Assembly: GCF_036971445.1 (NCBI RefSeq)
Contig: NC_091470.1
Coordinates: 51,584,001-51,648,000 of the forward strand
Reading direction: 5' to 3'
Length of the DNA stretch: 64,000 nt
Origin: Narcine bancroftii
Lineage: Eukaryota
The notes under the pieces are model-generated. The model was not told the DNA's origin and searched no databases. It was given only the letters and a program-made list of their open reading frames with translations. Shown one piece after another: positions 62,257 through 64,000 of this stretch. Position 1 is the first letter of the stretch; each line of letters begins with the position of its first letter. The position numbers were made by a program, and so were the translations under genes.

Positions 62257-63857
62257 ATATAGACTTAACGCACATTCAGACATATTATGCATATGCAAAT
62301 ATTAAATAAATATGATTGTTAAATAAATTGTTGTCATTAAAGTTTTGTATGAGCAGTTCATACGGTTGTTCAGGAGTCTCACTGCCAATGGAAAGAAGCT
62401 GTTTCTTAGCCTAATGGTTCTAACTCTGATACTCCTGTATTTCTTACCCATTTGGAGTAGCTGGAAGATGCTGTGTGCGTGGTGGTAGGGGTCCTCAACA
62501 ATTTTAGGAGCCCTCTTTAGACAACAGTCCTGGTAAATCTCATTGATAGTGGGTTGGGAGACTCCATATCCTCTCTGTCTCTCATATGGTCCTGTGGATT
62601 GACCTCCGATCTGATGCTGTACGGCAGCCACAGTGATGCTGACAGCCAGGAAGCTCTTTATAGGCCCTTTCCTAATATTTCTGGTGATCAATAATGTCTG
62701 TAGATGGCTGAAGATATTTAGTTTTAGTAAATGAATTAAAATATTGCTCTGATTTGATAACAAAATACGTTTTTCAAAGATCATCCCCATCCAAGTGAAT
62801 GGTTTTGCACTTGTAATACTGAGGAGCCAAATATGAAATCTTTGAAGTTATGGAACATGCCTGGATTTGCAGGTGAGATCCAGCATGGGATGAGAGGTTA
62901 GCTGTACCCTCACCTGGTCCCCATCACATTCCATGCTGCATAGCACAGCTGCCAAAATCCAGAATGACCTGTCAAAGGCACCACAGGCAGCTGGCAGATC
63001 TCTAGCACATTCAATTGGTCGCAAGCCTATTGCATTGCTGCTCTCTCCACTCATTCCTGCAAGGCCTTAATTTCATCAGGGTGTAAGATCACTGAACTAA
63101 TTTTCATAAGGGAGATTGCTTTGATGGGTGAATGTGAAGGGAAATTCTTAACACTGTGGATATAATAAAGCCAAAAATAACATCATACAAACAGGGTTCT
63201 TTATGTTTTTAATTAGCTAATGCTAATGGACAGAATTTTTAATAATATAAGTTCTTGAACCAGAAAAATTGAATGTCAAGAAATATTTTTCAACTGTGAT
63301 TTCAAAAAAAATGATAATACATTTGTAAAAATCAAATTACCAAATTTAAGAAGGTATAAAGTTATTATGAAATAGGTTATTTTCATCAAATTCAAACACA
63401 AGTGAAATAACTGTGTCATTTATAAGTTGATCATAACATTGCTTTTGGTGAGTCCTCTCTCAATCTTTCTACTCTCTTTCTATTATGTTTTGCCCTAACA
63501 ACAGAGCAAAGATTTTTTTTTAATGGATCCTATCAGAAGCGACATGCATGAACTCAATCTTTATTACACCACAATGAGTACATGGTTTTCTTGAATTCAA
63601 CACTTTACATCTTTAGACCATAATATTATAATTTTTTCTTACAACTTCATCTTAATTAATGGTTTCTGCCATTCCTGACAAATCAGTTGTTGCCAAACTC
63701 TCATTATTCTTTAACAATAGTTAATGGAAATGTTCTTGCAATTAATTTAATTATCTTTATCAATGCCATCACAAAACTTCCTATAATTTAGCTCTTAGAA
63801 AAGAAAATCTCAGATTCTGGACTAATGACAATGGAGGAACTGGTCAGGAGATTGTGA

Positions 63858-64000
63858 GATTTTTTTACTTTTTTATTTTTCACACTATAAACCATACTGA
63901 CCAAACTACATAGACATTTTTTCTCTTGAATATATAGAGTCATTTTCTCCCCTTTTCCCCCTCCCTTCCCTCCCTCCCTCACCCCCTTCCCATTTATTTA
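63858..64000 (-). mobile_element. L1-like 3' end running off the window
   Basis: T-run with tttatt (AATAAA on the - strand) and a C/T-rich tract mirroring a G-rich L1 3' UTR. Confidence 0.55.

Larger units (their letters stand above)
57745..62660 (-). mobile_element. Rex1/Babar 3' fragment split by the Gypsy insertion (57745-57840 and 62257-62660)
   Basis: EDPYHHAHSIFQLLQMGKKYRSIRVRTIRLRNSFFPLAVRLLN at 62340-62560. Its 3' UTR and aataaacttgaact tail resume on the far side of the LTR element. Confidence 0.75.

Overview
AT-rich, repeat-dense vertebrate genomic DNA, not prokaryotic. The repeat repertoire (RTE-BovB-like, CR1, Rex1/Babar, Penelope, L1/Tx1, tRNA-SINEs) suggests a cartilaginous fish, though the species cannot be fixed from this window. 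One host gene is supported, on the + strand: the last two coding exons (7171-7561 and 43242-43360) of what looks like the long, RidA/YjgF-domain form of DPH6. They are joined in phase across a ~35.7 kb GT-AG intron. Nearly all other ORFs are decayed transposon fragments or antisense shadows. Transposons include a near-complete decayed Gypsy LTR element with ATAT target-site duplication (57841-62256), a CR1 retaining its 5' end with a 164-bp tandem array (20840-24785), L1 ORF1 and ORF2 relics, and several MITEs with visible TIRs/TSDs. Several repeat-free intronic blocks look like conserved non-coding enhancers. The least explained segment is a ~1.4 kb cargo inside a hAT-like element (53300-54720), with a protein-like broken reading frame and four consecutive hairpins. 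Repeat boundaries are approximate unless a TIR or TSD is cited.
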